A DNA stretch of 64,000 bases from the human T2T-CHM13v2.0 reference genome, Homo sapiens: the NCBI RefSeq assembly GCF_009914755.1, contig NC_060933.1, one strand, 5' to 3'. The first letter of the stretch is position 1. Each line of letters begins with the position of its first letter. Below the pieces are notes generated by a model that saw only the letters and a program-made list of their open reading frames with translations, was not told where the DNA came from and made no database searches. Shown in pieces: positions 26,505 through 39,573 of the stretch. Made by a program: the position numbers and the translations under genes.

Positions 26505-27992
26505 GATGTGCTCTCCCTTAGGGGGTTCTAAGACAACTGGGGCATCAGCCTTAAACATGAGGCGATAGGAGCGGCTCTTGTATTTCTGTCTTTAGTCCCT
26601 TGGTCTGCCCGTTAGTCCTTCTAGAAGGAGTCCACTTGACAGATCATGATGCCCTTCAGAAGTACCCAGGTCTCTCACAGTATCTAGCAGGGCCTCCCCA
26701 GGCTACTCCAACAGACTATTGAAATTAGTCACGCGCCCCACCATATTAGAACCACTTTCCTGGGCCTAGGCAAGTCCCTAGTGCTGGGGAATAATCACTG
26801 GACTAGTGATCAAGAGATCTCGTTCTTGTCTAGATTGCTGCTGGCTTGCTCTTGGGCAAGTCTTTTTCTCATCTGGGGCTGATTTTCTTACCTAAGAAAT
26901 GTTGAGCTTTATGATTTCTGAGGTTGGCTATATGTGAATTGCCCTAGTAAGTGCAAATGTGTTTTCATAGGTTAGAAAAAAAAAAAAAAGCCCAAAAAGT
27001 ATTTTCTGGGAATTGAGAGTTGTAAGCACCTACAATTCTAGAATATACTTTATTATAAAAGTTAAAATGTTATGCAATCCTATAGAAAAATTCAGGACCA
27101 TTTTGCTGTTGTCTAAAATCAGATGTGTGATCTCCATCTTCTTAATTTGACAGACATTTGCCACAAGTCACTTCCACACCAGGCAGAGTGCTGAGCACTG
27201 TGAGAAGGATGTGGGAATTCAGAGGCTAATAAGTTCTAGTCCCCTGCTCCCAAGGAGTTCGTTGTCAACCTGTTTTCATCACTGGATGTTTAGAAGCCTT
27301 GGATAATATCAAAGGTATCTATGTTGGAGACCATGGGCTTCAATTTCTGGCTGTCTTTTGGCATTTAGAACCTAAACAGCTCTGGGCTGGTAGACATCAC
27401 TGACATGACTTTATTGTTCCCATGAGTGAACATCTGCATGAGATCAAAAGTAGTGATTTCAGTGTCACCAATATTGAAAAATACAGAAATTGAAATTGTA
27501 GGTAAACCCCTGGATGGTTATAGTTCAGGACAGAAAGACAAGGAGTGAAAGAAACTCCGTGAAACAGGAAATGCCAAGAAAAGCCTATAGCTTCCCTGAC
27601 TTGAGACAAAGGCTGTTGACTAGAATCTCTTGATTCTTAGTCCAGTGATTATTTTCTAGCAATAGGGACTTGCTCAAGCACAGGAAATTAGTTCCAATAT
27701 GGTGGGGGCACATGGCCAATTTCAATAGCCTGTTGGAATAGCCTGGAGATGCCCTGTTGCATACTGGCATGTTTGATTCCTTATTGAAAAAAGATAAAAT
27801 ATATACAATTGCAAAATTCATATAATTCTGCAAAAGTAATATAATGTAAAGGAAAAAGAGGAAAAAAAGTTCTGCTACCATGTTAAAAAAATCATGCAAT
27901 GCTAAGTATGATACCTGAATTAGAATGGTCAAGGGTGGCCAACCAGTGGAGACAAAACTCATTTCCTTCTCATCCTCAGAGCTCTGCCCTAG

Positions 27993-27995
<3 letters not shown>

Positions 27996-28038
<43 letters not shown>

Positions 28039-28051
28039 TGTGTCTGTGTGT
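27996..28051. repeat. (GT)n microsatellite with an imperfect 3' part
   Basis: Direct reading. Confidence 0.95.
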
Positions 28052-29465
28052 ATACCAGGATGTTAGCCTGTATGAAATTTCTGGGCTAGATGAAAGAGAG
28101 GGGTTGGGATTGAGGCAAGTTCTGGAAAATAATTTGTTTTTTTCTAAAGGTCATGATAGCTACTTGGATCTAGCCAATTGTTACCATGAAGAAATTTTTA
28201 AAATGTTGGCAATCAACTTAAGACATTCTTTTGTAAGATATAGTATGGTCCAAACAAAACCATGCCTTGGTCACTAATTTGCAATTTCTGTTCTACAGCA
28301 TCTTCCAGATCTTTATGGTTACATTAATGATCTGAGGCAAAAAGTGCAATTCAAGACAGGTTTCTTTCCCAATGAAGAAATACAAGATAGGACCCAATAC
28401 AGGCAGAGACCCTTGCATCCCACCCTCACCCCTGCTTCTGGCTTCCTAAGCAAACTGTACAATCTACTTAAGTGCGATGTCCATGTGAGTCTTTCAAAAT
28501 ATACCTGAATCCAGCCAGGCAACCCTAGATTTTCAGTTCTGTTTTGTTTGCTTTCAAATGATTTTCATTCAGTATTCCACTCAGAAAATGTCTAAACTGA
28601 GTGGGGAACTGCGGTTGAGTTGGGCATATACAAGGATATCCTCAGTTTGAATCTTCCCTAAATATCCATAAGGGAAAAAACCCCACTTTAATAATAAATT
28701 ATTCAAATGTGCATTCGTTCTTGAAACATTTTAAGGATGTTTACATTGAAACCAGATGCCTGCTCCACAGACAGCCCCCGTTTCTGTTGATTTTACAGCT
28801 CTCCTGCTCACTTCAGTTTTCTCAGTAGGGTCTTTGTTTTACTCACTAGTAAAAAGAATGTTTCTTTTGTTTGCTTTTCTTTGCCATCCGCGCTGACCAG
28901 ACTCTAGAGGGAACTCCAGCCATGCTGTGATTTGGCTAGCATCCCCTTCATTTCACTCCTAAAAGTCATATGTACACATAATAGTAAATCGTTTCTGAGA
29001 CCTCATGCGCTTGGGCTTTTCCTAGCTCGTTCTTCTTCCATGTGGTTGGAGTTTTGCAGCAGTTTGAGTAACAGTTCAATCATGCTCTCAATTAAAGAAG
29101 TTGAGTCAGTTCATGATACCCATCTCATAGAGCAAGATGAAGCTAGGATTTCTAGGGAATTTCTGGCCGTTCAAAAATGTCATCTGAACCCAAAGCTTTT
29201 ATTTCTAAGCTGAGCTGAATCCATCACCGAGTAAAGAGCAGGAGGGAAAACTCATTTGTTCAAATGCCTGCAGGTATTGGCCTGAGGGAATATGGGGAGA
29301 ATAGCTATTCCCAAGGATACCCTTTTTCTTTCTTAGTGGTTGGCCATTCAAAGTGTAGCAAGAACCAGAAAGGTGAGCTATCTAAGTCTAAGAAAAAGTA
29401 AAAGTCATAAAGATAACTAAGCAAAGCTTTTCTACTCACACTCTATTTGGCCTGATTGGTCCTTT

Positions 29466-30440
29466 CATGTATTCATTTGTTTATTCAAAAAACATTTATT
29501 GAGCACCTACTATGTATTGCTAGGTCTGTGCTAGGTGCTGTAGTGCATATCTCTTGGTGGAGGTGGCAGAAGAGTCCAGAAAATTTTAGTGCGGTAACTT
29601 ATATGGCGAGAAACACATAGGATAATGGGACACTGGAGAAAGGCATTCAATGAAGACCAGTTAGAGTGAAGGTAGAATGCAAGAAGACTTCTGGGAGGAC
29701 GTGGAGCCTGAAGTGACCATGAGTAGGAATTAGCAAGCCACAGCTTTTCAAACTTTCACATGCACAGGAATCTCCTGGGAATCTTGCTATACTGGTGATT
29801 TTGACTCAGGTCTGGGATGGGTCCTGAGAGTCTGCATTTCTAAGGAGCTCCCATGTGAGGCCAATGCTACTTTGGGTAGGAAGGAGCTAAATGATGACTT
29901 GACATGGGAAAAGAGAAAGAGGGATTGAAGAAAACATTTCAGGTAGAGGGAATGGTGTGTCAAAAAGCCTAGAGGTGTAGGAGCATGTGGAATGTTTGGT
30001 AAGTTGCAAATAACTCAGAATGGGAGAAGCCCAAGGGGATGAGGGGGAATGATGACCTTGAATCTGGAAGCAGCCATCATATTATGAAGGACCTTGAAGG
30101 TGGTGCTAAGGATTTGGGGCTATTTCCTAAGAACAAGAGGAAAACACTGAAGAGTTTTATATAAAGGAATGATAAGAACCACTTCATTTTGAAAGGATTA
30201 CTCTGATTGCGATGCAACAGATGGACTGGGGAAAATGCCACCTAGAGGCAAGAGACCAGTAGCCGGGCAATCTTGTTCATCCAGTTGAGAAAAGATGAGG
30301 TCCTGAACATAAAGAGTAGCAGTGAGTAGAGAGAAAAAGCAACTGGCTTTGGAATATTACAGAGGTTAAATGATGAGGAGTACTAGCTGGTCAAGAAGAG
30401 GAGAGGCAAGTTCAAGAACTGCCTGTTTTCTGGCTTTAGA
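29466..30440 (-). mobile_element. L2 fragment interrupted by MER5A
   Basis: 'ttcaaaaaacatttattgagcacctactatgt...tgtgctaggtgctg' and 'ttttgaaaggattactctg'. Confidence 0.7.
29740..29890. mobile_element. MER5A (hAT-Charlie)
   Basis: 'tcaaactttcacatgcacaggaatctcctgggaatcttg...gtcctgagagtctgcatttctaa'. Confidence 0.75.
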
Positions 30441-31819
30441 TGAAGTTCACTCCATTTCAATCCTGGTCATAGTGTCCCGCTTCCTCAAGATAATGATTGG
30501 TGAACCAAGATGCCACTTGGAGTTTCCAAGAGAAAATACCAGAGCCAGGATTTGTACCCATGACTTCTTGATTCAAAGCCCATGTTCATTTTACCATACT
30601 CCATTGCTTCTCAGTGGCTTTCTTAAAGCCAGAGAGGAGAAATTCGGAAGTTCCCACCCAAGTTGAGTCTTAGAGATTTTACTACTGAGCGCTGAAGCAC
30701 AGGGGAGGGATCAAGGCTTTAGGGAATCAGAGTGGCTGGGGTACTTAGTGGTTGTTTCCAAAACCGTTCCAGTTCTGCTCTAATAATGGGGGACGGGGAA
30801 AAAGAGGGTGCCTCCTTCCTCAGTTTGCCATCTTCTTTTTCCAGCTTCCAAAAACATACTCGAGGAAAGCCATTGGAAACCTGTCAAGCTGTTCCCTAGT
30901 ACTGAAAGACAGTTTGTGACAAAACAGGCTTTTCTGCGCCCTTGGGCTTTCTGTGACTTTCTCAAGATGTTTGCAGTTGATGATCTGCATGCAAGCAAGC
31001 CACGTTGACAGTTTCTGACCTGTTTCCAGCACCTTTGCAAGTGTGTGTGGAAGAACTGTTCAGATTCATTTTGGATGCTTTTCCATATATCATGGGGAAT
31101 TTGATCTATATATCTCAGAGTCACTTAAAGTTAACTCATCGAGGCAGTTAGAGATTGTGCCTATCGTTTACTAAATTATAAAAAGGATTAACTAAGACTA
31201 AAAGCCATCCAAGCATTGGAGTTCTTCACTTCTTTAAAGTAATTGAATTCAGCTCTTAACTTTTTAAAAATCAAGGATACTACATTTTTCGGATTTCAAA
31301 AATGATACAAGTTTATTGTAGAAAGTTTGAAAAAAATACAGAAAAGACTAAAGAAGAGAAAAGAGTAATTATAATTTCACTGCCCCGGTATAACTACTGT
31401 CAACACCTTGGCATATGACCTTTCCATCTTTTAAATAAATCTGCATATACACAACTTTTCAGTGATTGTTACTGTACTCTGCACATTGCTTCCTCGCTTA
31501 CTGTACATTAAAAGTTTTCCCTTGATTTTTCCTTTATTAGATTTTATTGGAGTGCCAAATACAAAACATGTGGCATGAAAGATAAAACAGAAAAAGTACC
31601 CTCTAAGGTATCCAAGGTAGCTTGGACTCTTATTTGTAAAATCAAGACCAGTTAAGCTACTTCTCTAAGATCACATTAGTTAGGAACTGAGCAGGACTAC
31701 AAAGTAGAACTTATATTAAGTCCATTGTTTTGGTTACTGTGAATCCTATAACAGAATCCAAAAGCTGAGAACTAGAAGTAATTTTAGAAATTATCAAATT
31801 CAACTTCTTCATTCTCTCT

Positions 31820-31950
31820 TTTTTGTCTTGTTATGGTAAGAACACTTAATGGGAGATCTGCCCTCTTCACAGATTAAGCGTAGTATACAGTGTTGTTAAT
31901 TATAGTCACAGTGTTCTATGGCAGATCTCTAGAACTTATTTATCTTGCAT
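31820..31950 (-). mobile_element. L1MA 3' terminal fragment
   Basis: 'ggtaagaacacttaat..gagatct...gcagatctctagaacttatttatcttgcat'. Confidence 0.7.
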
Positions 31951-31977
31951 TTTGTCATTGACTTCCTCCTTCCCATC

Positions 31978-32327
31978 TGTCTTAGTCAGTTTGGGCTGCT
32001 ACAACAAATTGCTATAGACTGAGATTTCTGAGACAACAGAAATTCATTTCTCACAGTTGTGGAGGCTGGGAAGTCCTAGATCAGGGTGCCAGCTTGGTGA
32101 GGGTTCTCTTCCTAGTTGGCAGATGGCCTTCTGGCTGCATTCTCACATAACTGAGAGGAGAAGCAAGCTCTCTTGTGTCTCTTCTTATATGGGCACTAAT
32201 CTCATCATGAGGGCTCCACCCTCACAACCCAATTACTCCCCGAAGGCCTCAACTCCAAATACCATTACATTAGGGATTAGGGTTTCCACATACGAATGTT
32301 GGGGAACACAACATTCAGGCCATAGCA
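31978..32327 (-). mobile_element. MLT1A/MST-type MaLR solo LTR
   Basis: 'tgtcttagtcagtttgggctgctacaacaaa...ggggaacacaacattcaggccatagca'. Confidence 0.85.
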
Positions 32328-32950
32328 CGATCCTAATAAATGGCACCACTATCCAACCAGTTGCACAGACTCCAAACCTAGTCATCATTGCTGCCTCTAG
32401 TTCCTCTTGCCCTATAGCCTGTGTATAAGCAAGTTCTGCTGACTCTCCTGCCAACACCAAGGGCTCCTTAGAACCTCCACCTCTGCCACCCGAGTCTAAG
32501 CCACCATCACCTCTTAGCTGCACAAATTCATTGGCCTTCTACCTGGTTTCCCTGCTTCCTCTCTCACTCACCCATCCCCACTCCCACATACGTAGCAGCC
32601 ACAAGTATTTTTAAAATGTAAACCAGAAAATGCCACTTCCCTGCTCACACTCCTCCAACAGCTTCTCATTCAACTGAAATCCAAATTCCTTATCCTGACC
32701 AACAAGGCTCTTTATAACTGGTCCTGCCAGTTCCTCTTTCCTCACCTCCCACCACTCCCCCTCCATTCATGTTGTTCCAGCCACAGTGGCCTTCAGACTC
32801 TTTCTGTAATGTGTCCAGCTGGTTACCATCCTAGACTATTGGTCTCATTGTTCCCTCTGCCTGAAACCTCTTCTCCCTCATCTTTGCATGGCGCACACCT
32901 TGTCATTTGAGTATAGGAACATATTTCCTGACAACTCTATTGAAAACAGC
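32328..32950 (+). mobile_element. L2 fragment
   Basis: 'taaatggcaccactatccaaccagttgcacagac...ccagccacagtggccttc'. Confidence 0.75.
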
Positions 32951-32954
32951 CCAC

Positions 32955-33110
32955 AGCCAGGTGTGGTCGCTGGTACTTGTAAGGTGGGAAGATCATTTGA
33001 ACCCAGAAATTTCAGGCTGCAGTGAGCTATGATCATGCCACTGCACTCCAGCCTGAGCAACAGAGTGAAACCTTGTCTCTCAAAACAAAAAATAGAAAAG
33101 CAAAATAAAA
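32955..33110 (+). mobile_element. Alu monomer (FRAM/AluJ right arm) with an internal deletion
   Basis: 'ggctgcagtgagctatgatcatgccactgcactccagcctg' plus an A-rich tail. Confidence 0.8.
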
Positions 33111-33389
33111 TAGTCCCCAGCCCCCACCTCCACCCCCTTAGTATCCCTTTACACTGCTTAACTTTTCCATAATGCCCTCATGACTATGTAACATTAAATA
33201 TTTATTTATTTATTTATTATATGTGAGGAGAGCCTCGCTAGAATGTAAACCTGATGAAGACTTCAAAACCCCTGGAACAGTGCTTTTGCACAGAGTAATC
33301 ATCATCAATACATACTTGGTGAAAAACTGTAAAAATGGCAGCACAATCTTTTATCACAGAGATGTACCATGATAAGCATGCAGATTCAT

Positions 33390-34230
33390 TTTGATTTTTC
33401 ATCACTGCACATGATGGTTTGATGAGCTTCCTTATACATAAACCCTTGTTCCCATCTCTAGTTATGTTCATTACTGATATTCCAAGGGGCAGAATCACCT
33501 AAATCAATGGGTATATATAGTTATAACACTTTTGATTCACATCACCAAATGGTTCACCAGAAGACTTGCACCATTTATATACATGCAGATACCAACAGTA
33601 TGTAAGTCTGTTCCTCAAACCTTCACTAATGCTGAGTGTGATTGCTTTTGAAATCCTGCCCACTTTGATAGTCAAAATAACAGCGTCACATTTTGTGTTT
33701 CTTTGGATATCTGTGAAATGAACATTTCTCTCGTGTCTGTTTGCCATAGGTATTTATTTGTATGTGAATGTGTGATTGGACCCATGTTCTACTATTAATC
33801 TTCATCTTTTTTCTTATTGATTCATAAGGGCTGAACTGTTGATCTGTTACATACAGATGTTGTGGATATGTTTTCCTATTTTGTTGTTTGCCTTTTGATT
33901 TTGATTGTGGTGCTATCTTTTATAGACATGTTCATTGGCTTTTGGCCAATTTTATCAGTTTGTTCTTTTAGGATATGTCCTGTTCCTTTTACACCCAAAA
34001 GTCACTTTTCACCCTGAAATTAGGTGTTTACTTTTTATGCTTAGCTCTCTAATCCATGTGGAGTTTATCTGAGTGCCAGTTGTGGGATATGGATTCAAAC
34101 TGTAGTTAATTTCTCCCCAGAAGTTAACCAGATACTCTATGCACTTTACTGGATATCCCATTATTTCACCACCAGTTGGAATTTCAAGATTTATCATATA
34201 CTGATTGCTTTGAATCACTTGAGATTGTTT
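33390..34230 (-). mobile_element. Old L1ME-like fragments
   Basis: Degenerate L1 ORF2 and 3' sequence in reverse. Confidence 0.55.
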
Positions 34231-34264
34231 TATGCATGGTTAGCTTTTAGTAATTCTGACCATC

Positions 34265-34712
34265 TTTAATTTTTTTTGATGAGTACATATTTATAGGGCA
34301 CATGTGATATTTTGAGTACATGTATAGAAAACCTAATGATCAAATCTGGGTATTTAAGAAGTCTATCACCTCAAGCATTTATAGTTTCTATGTTTTGGGA
34401 ACATTTCAAGTCCTCTTTCTAGCTATTTTGAAATATACAATACATTGCTGTTAACCATAAGTGACCTATTCTGCTATTGAACATAACGTGTTCTATCTAT
34501 CTGTATGTTTGCGCCTATTCGCCAACCACTCTTTATCCCCACCTACCCTCATACACACCCTTCCCAGCTTCTAGTAACTATCATTCTAATCTCTACCTCC
34601 ATGAGATTAACTTTTTTAGCTCCCACGTATGAGTGAGAAAATGCAAGATATGCCTTTCTGTGCCTGGATAATTTTACTTAACATAATAACCTCCAGTTCC
34701 ATCACGTTGCTT
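34265..34712 (-). mobile_element. L1MA 3' end
   Basis: 'catatttatagggcacatgtgatattttg...ctctacctccatgagattaacttttttagctcccac'. Confidence 0.85.
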
Positions 34713-35319
34713 CAAGAGAACATTTAGTGGCAAAGAATACTTTGTAAGAATCCCATACTGTATCTCCTTCTTTCATACCAATGCGTGGTTTAATATATAA
34801 TAACCTTGTTTGAAATAAAAGGCTTTGATGCCTGGTGCCCTTACCACTTATGAAGTAACCATCAGTTTCCACCACTAAAAGTCTCCTATGGTCACAAAGT
34901 CCTTTGTGAAAAAATCCAAAGGCAAAGAGAGAGGCAGGTCTGCCCCATACAGAAGTTCAAGCTGTGCATTGCACAACTCCAAGGAGTGTCTATCACATAG
35001 CAAGTTATATAAATGGTGCCCCAGAGTTTGATAGTCCACAATATGTACAGTTGTGTGCATTGATCATGAAGAGAGAATCCATGTTCACTTCCCAATTCAG
35101 CCCTCAAGAAAACCAACACGAGGTCTTCGAGAGCTTACTAGATCTTAGAGATCAACTTCATCATTTACAGCAAAACATGCCAAGGTTCACCAAAAAGGTA
35201 TAGGCTTGTCTATGGTCATAAGACTTAGTGATAGAAAAGGGATAGATCCCAGATTTCTCTTTTTTTCATTGATTTATCTATGTAACTTTTTATGTATTTC
35301 ATTGATTTATCTATTTCAT

Positions 35320-36490
35320 TTTTTGTTTACTTTCAAGAAGGTAATATATTCTCATGGCCCAAAATTCAAAATGTATATCCACAAAAACAGCTTTACCCAT
35401 CCTAACCCCCTCCCAACCCCACTGAGAGTTCCCATAAACAAACCCTAATACCAGTTGGTGGCATATCTTTCCAGGGATAGTCCAAGTATATACAAGCAAA
35501 TACAGCCATACATTCTCCAATCACTCCCCTTTTTAACCTAAATACTAACATACTGCACACTATTCTGCATTTTGACTTTTTGATTTATAATATATCTTCA
35601 CGCTTGCTCCCCATCAGTGCATGAAGAGTTTTTCCATCCTGTCTTAAAGAGAAGTTGTGTACTATTGTATGATATACAACAACTCTTTTAACCCTATGGA
35701 TGGACATTCATTTGCTATTAGAAATAGTACGACAGTGAATAATGTTGTTCTCATATCATTTTGAGCATGGGTCATCTGTAGGATAAAATTTGTGGAAGTG
35801 GGATTGCTGGGTCAAAGTACATTTGTAATTTTAATAGACATTGCCAAATGGTTCTCTATAAAGGTTGTTCCGTTATTAGCTGATTTTCTTATATCATCAT
35901 TAACACTGCTAGCAAACTTGGTACATTTTGCCAGCCCAATGCATACAAGAGAGTGCAGTTTGTGTGTGTGTGTGTGTCAATGTAAAGACAAATATTTCTT
36001 TAAATAATAATGTATTTGTATTTTTTTTTGCAGTGGAATTGGAAATTTTCTCACAGTCCTATCCAGATGTGCAAAGAAGTGGTAGTTTATTTCTATAAGT
36101 GACCTAATCATCCACTGTGTACATTTGCTGTTTAATGAAATCTCAGCTTCTCCCAGCTTTAACATGTATTCTCATTTAAAGATTTAGAAAGATAAAGTAA
36201 AAGGGTGGGGATCAGATTCTGCCCTTCCTCTATTCTTTCCTACAATTTGAGTCTCATGTTGGCTCTTTTCTTCATTTGTTTTTAATTGACTCATGATAGT
36301 TGTACCTATTTGTGGGGTATAATGTGAGATAGTGCAGCTTTCATTTGCCTTTCTCTTATTATGAGTATGTTTAAGCATCTTTTCTTGTGTTTCAAGCTAT
36401 TTGTATTTTCTATTCTGTGAGCTATTTCGTTCCTTTGCTCATTTTCTTAAAAAACTGAGCTATTGGTCTTTTTGCTTACTAATTAATAGA
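35320..36490 (-). mobile_element. Old L1M fragment interrupted by a ~370-bp insert at 35961-36330
   Basis: 'gaagtgggattgctgggtcaaag' before the insert; it resumes at 'tttcatttgcctttctcttattatgagt'. Confidence 0.6.
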
Positions 36491-37304
36491 AAGAGAAGTA
36501 ACTTTTTCACTAGTTATATTGAAATAGAACATCTTTTCATAGTTTGAGAGCCAGTGTATTTTCTCTCCTGACCTGTCTGTTGGTATAGTTTTCCCTTCTC
36601 TTCTTTTGGGGTGTGAATCTTTTTGTTCTTGATGTATGGAGTCATTTATGCATTATAGAACCCAGATTTTTGGAACCCCATTCCCAGCCTCTTACACTTA
36701 GATGTGCTGTATCCTCATTTCTTCATTGCACATTTCTTCATTTCATAGAATGGTAGAATGTTTTGTAAGTGTACATGTAAAAATTAATCAATTCCAGAAT
36801 CACCACAAACTCAGAAAACATGGCATCAAAACGGTGATTCTTTAAGGTGCAAGATAGTGTGAATCATTTAGTCTCCAGCAAATGCATCCATCATAATATA
36901 AGACCTTTTAGAATTAGAAAAATAATCAAACCTGTAACAAATTTTGCAAGCAATTTATAAACAGGTGCTAGAATCTAAGATATTGGTGACAGTAGAGAAG
37001 CAAACAAACAACAACAACAACAGCAACAACAACAAAAACCAACCAGTGATTAATTGTAATCTTTTAGGCCCATTTTAAATGCGTCCTCCTCCATGAAATA
37101 TTTCTTGGTTTCTCTGGACGGATGTTGTTTCTCTTGCCTCTGAATTCCCAGAGAACTTTGTACCTCTCTTAGGGAAATTATCAATCTCTGTCTTTTATTA
37201 TAGTTAGTTATGTACATGAGTATTTCCAGGAGCACTGCCAATTTCCTATACTGATCATAGATTTTTCCTAATGAAAGGCTCAAAGGTCCCAAGGCAAAGT
37301 ATTC

Positions 37305-37592
37305 TTTTTTGAAGTAAGGTTATTGTGGTGTAATTTATATATGGCAAAATTCACTCTTTTCAAATGTACAGTTCAACGTGTTTTGACAAATGTATACATG
37401 CATATAATTACCTCCAAAGTGAAGATACAGAACATTTCCGTCACCACAGTGTTCTCTTGGTACTTCTGTTGTCAAGCCACCCTCTTCACCCTCAGCCCCT
37501 ATTGATCACTGATTCGATTTTTGCCCCTATAGTTTTGCCTATTCCAGAATGTTGTATGAAAAGAATCATGCATCCTGTAGCATTTTGTGTCT
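37305..37592 (-). mobile_element. L1M 3' end
   Basis: 'tttattgtggtgtaatttatatatggcaaaattcactcttttcaaatgtacagttc'. Confidence 0.75.
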
Positions 37593-38782
37593 ATTTTTAC
37601 TCTAAACCGCAGTACTTTAAAATTAAACACGGGAAATAATTTACTCATTGCTTTGTGGAATTTAGGTTAAGCAGACTTGCTCACCAAAATCATGCCAGTA
37701 GTTAGGCAGTGGTCAAAAGGAAGGAACAAAGAGGAAAAGGGAGGGAGAACAGAAATTGAGAAAAACACAGAAGGAAAGTTTAATGTTTATTATAATATTC
37801 TTTATTGTTTAGAAATTATTTTCTATAGAGCACGTCCAACGTCTCCAGCATTTTGTGTCATCTTCACGATAACTTTACAAACTGTTATTATTCCCATTCT
37901 GCAGATGAGGACGCTGAGGTTCAAGTTATTTGACTGACTTGTCCCCAAACAGAACCATAGAAAAATGAAAAATCAGCATTGAATAAACTCTGATTTGAAG
38001 GACATTGTTTTGTGGACTCCTTCAGGCTTCCTCTTCCCCAAATTCTAGTAAGAGAGAGTTAACGAGAAGAGCTGTCAGCTCTGGAAGGAAGAGCTTCTCG
38101 CTTTCACTCACCATTGTAAACCCAGAAACTAGCACTGTGTTAGCCCACTGTATAAGAGGTGTTCATTAAATATTGTTAAATGAACTCACGAAACAAGTGT
38201 CTGTCCTTCAGATCCTTAGAGTACAAATGCACTCAATTTTCCTCCCCAAGAGCTCCCTGGGAGTTTTTTTCAACTGTTGCATTTTTTTTCTCATTTTTTA
38301 AAGTTTCCTTTTTTACTCAAAGTAAAACACAAATGATTTCTCAATTCCTGTAACTTTGTGTCAGGGCACATTATCCCAACACATGCATTGAAGGCGTGTG
38401 ACTGAGTACCACCTTTTGGATTGTCTGTCATTTGAATAAAGAATATGGTTTATGTTCATTAAGGACCACTCCAGAGGTAACCTTCAGCTAATCATTTCTT
38501 ATGTTCTTCATCTAGACCAGTGGAGTAATGATCAAACATAAAGTGATCTATTTGAATGAAAAACAGGCTATACATAAAATGGTTTTAAAATGAAAAGAAA
38601 ATCTAATCTTATGGCATTTTAAGATGCTGACAAACCAACAGGGTATGTGGAAAATTCCATCCAAAATAATATTATTGCTTTCCTAAAACCAACCTGAATG
38701 TTTGAAGGCAGATGAATAGGTCAGGAATTATAACAGTATCTATTACTTTGTGGATTGTTGTAATGTCTGAAACAAGGATAGA

Positions 38783-39573
38783 ATTTTTTTTTCAATTTTA
38801 CTTTAAGTTTCGGGATACATGTGCAGAATGTGCAGGTTTGTTACACAGGTGTACATGTGCCATGGTGGTTTGCTGCACCAATCAACCTATCATCTAGGTT
38901 TTAAGCCCTGCATACATTAGGTATTTGTCCTAATACTCTCCCTCCCCTTGTCCCCCACCCCCAACAGGCCCTGGTGTGTGATGTTCACCTCCGTGTGTCC
39001 ACGTGTTCTCATTGTTCAACTCCCACTTATGAGTGGAACATGCCGTGTTTGGTTTTCTGTTCCTGTATTAGTTTGCTGAGAATGATGGTTTCCAGTTTCA
39101 TCCATATCCCTGCAAAGGACATGAACTCATTCTTTTTTATGGCTGCATAGTATTCCATGGTGTATATGTGCCACATTTTCTTTATCCAGTCTATCATTGA
39201 TGGGCATTTTTGTTGGTTCCAAGTCTTTGCTATTGTAAATAGTGCTGCAATAAACATACGTGTGCATGTATCTTTATAGGAGAATGATTTATAATCCTTT
39301 GGGTATATACCCAGTAATGAGATAGAAGACATTTATGCTGTCAACAAACATATGAAAAAAAGCTCATCATCACTGGTCATTAGAGAAATGCGAGTCAAAA
39401 CCACAATGAGATACCATCTCATGCCAGTTAGAATGGCAATCATTAAAAAGTCAGGAAACAACAGATGCTGGAGAGGCTGTGGAAAAATAGGAATGCTTTT
39501 ACACTGTTGGTGGGAGTGTAAATTAATTCAACCATTGTGGAAGACAGTGTGGCGATTCCTCAAGGATCTAGAA
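38783..39573 (-). mobile_element. L1PA (L1PA7/8-like) 5'-truncated insertion with 5' inversion (twin priming)
   Basis: 38783-39323 is the L1 3' end on the minus strand and 39324-39573 is the upstream ORF2 segment on the plus strand. TSD aagga(t/c)agaattttttt at ~38774 and ~39572. The ORFs translate to the L1 ORF2 C-terminus. Confidence 0.92.
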
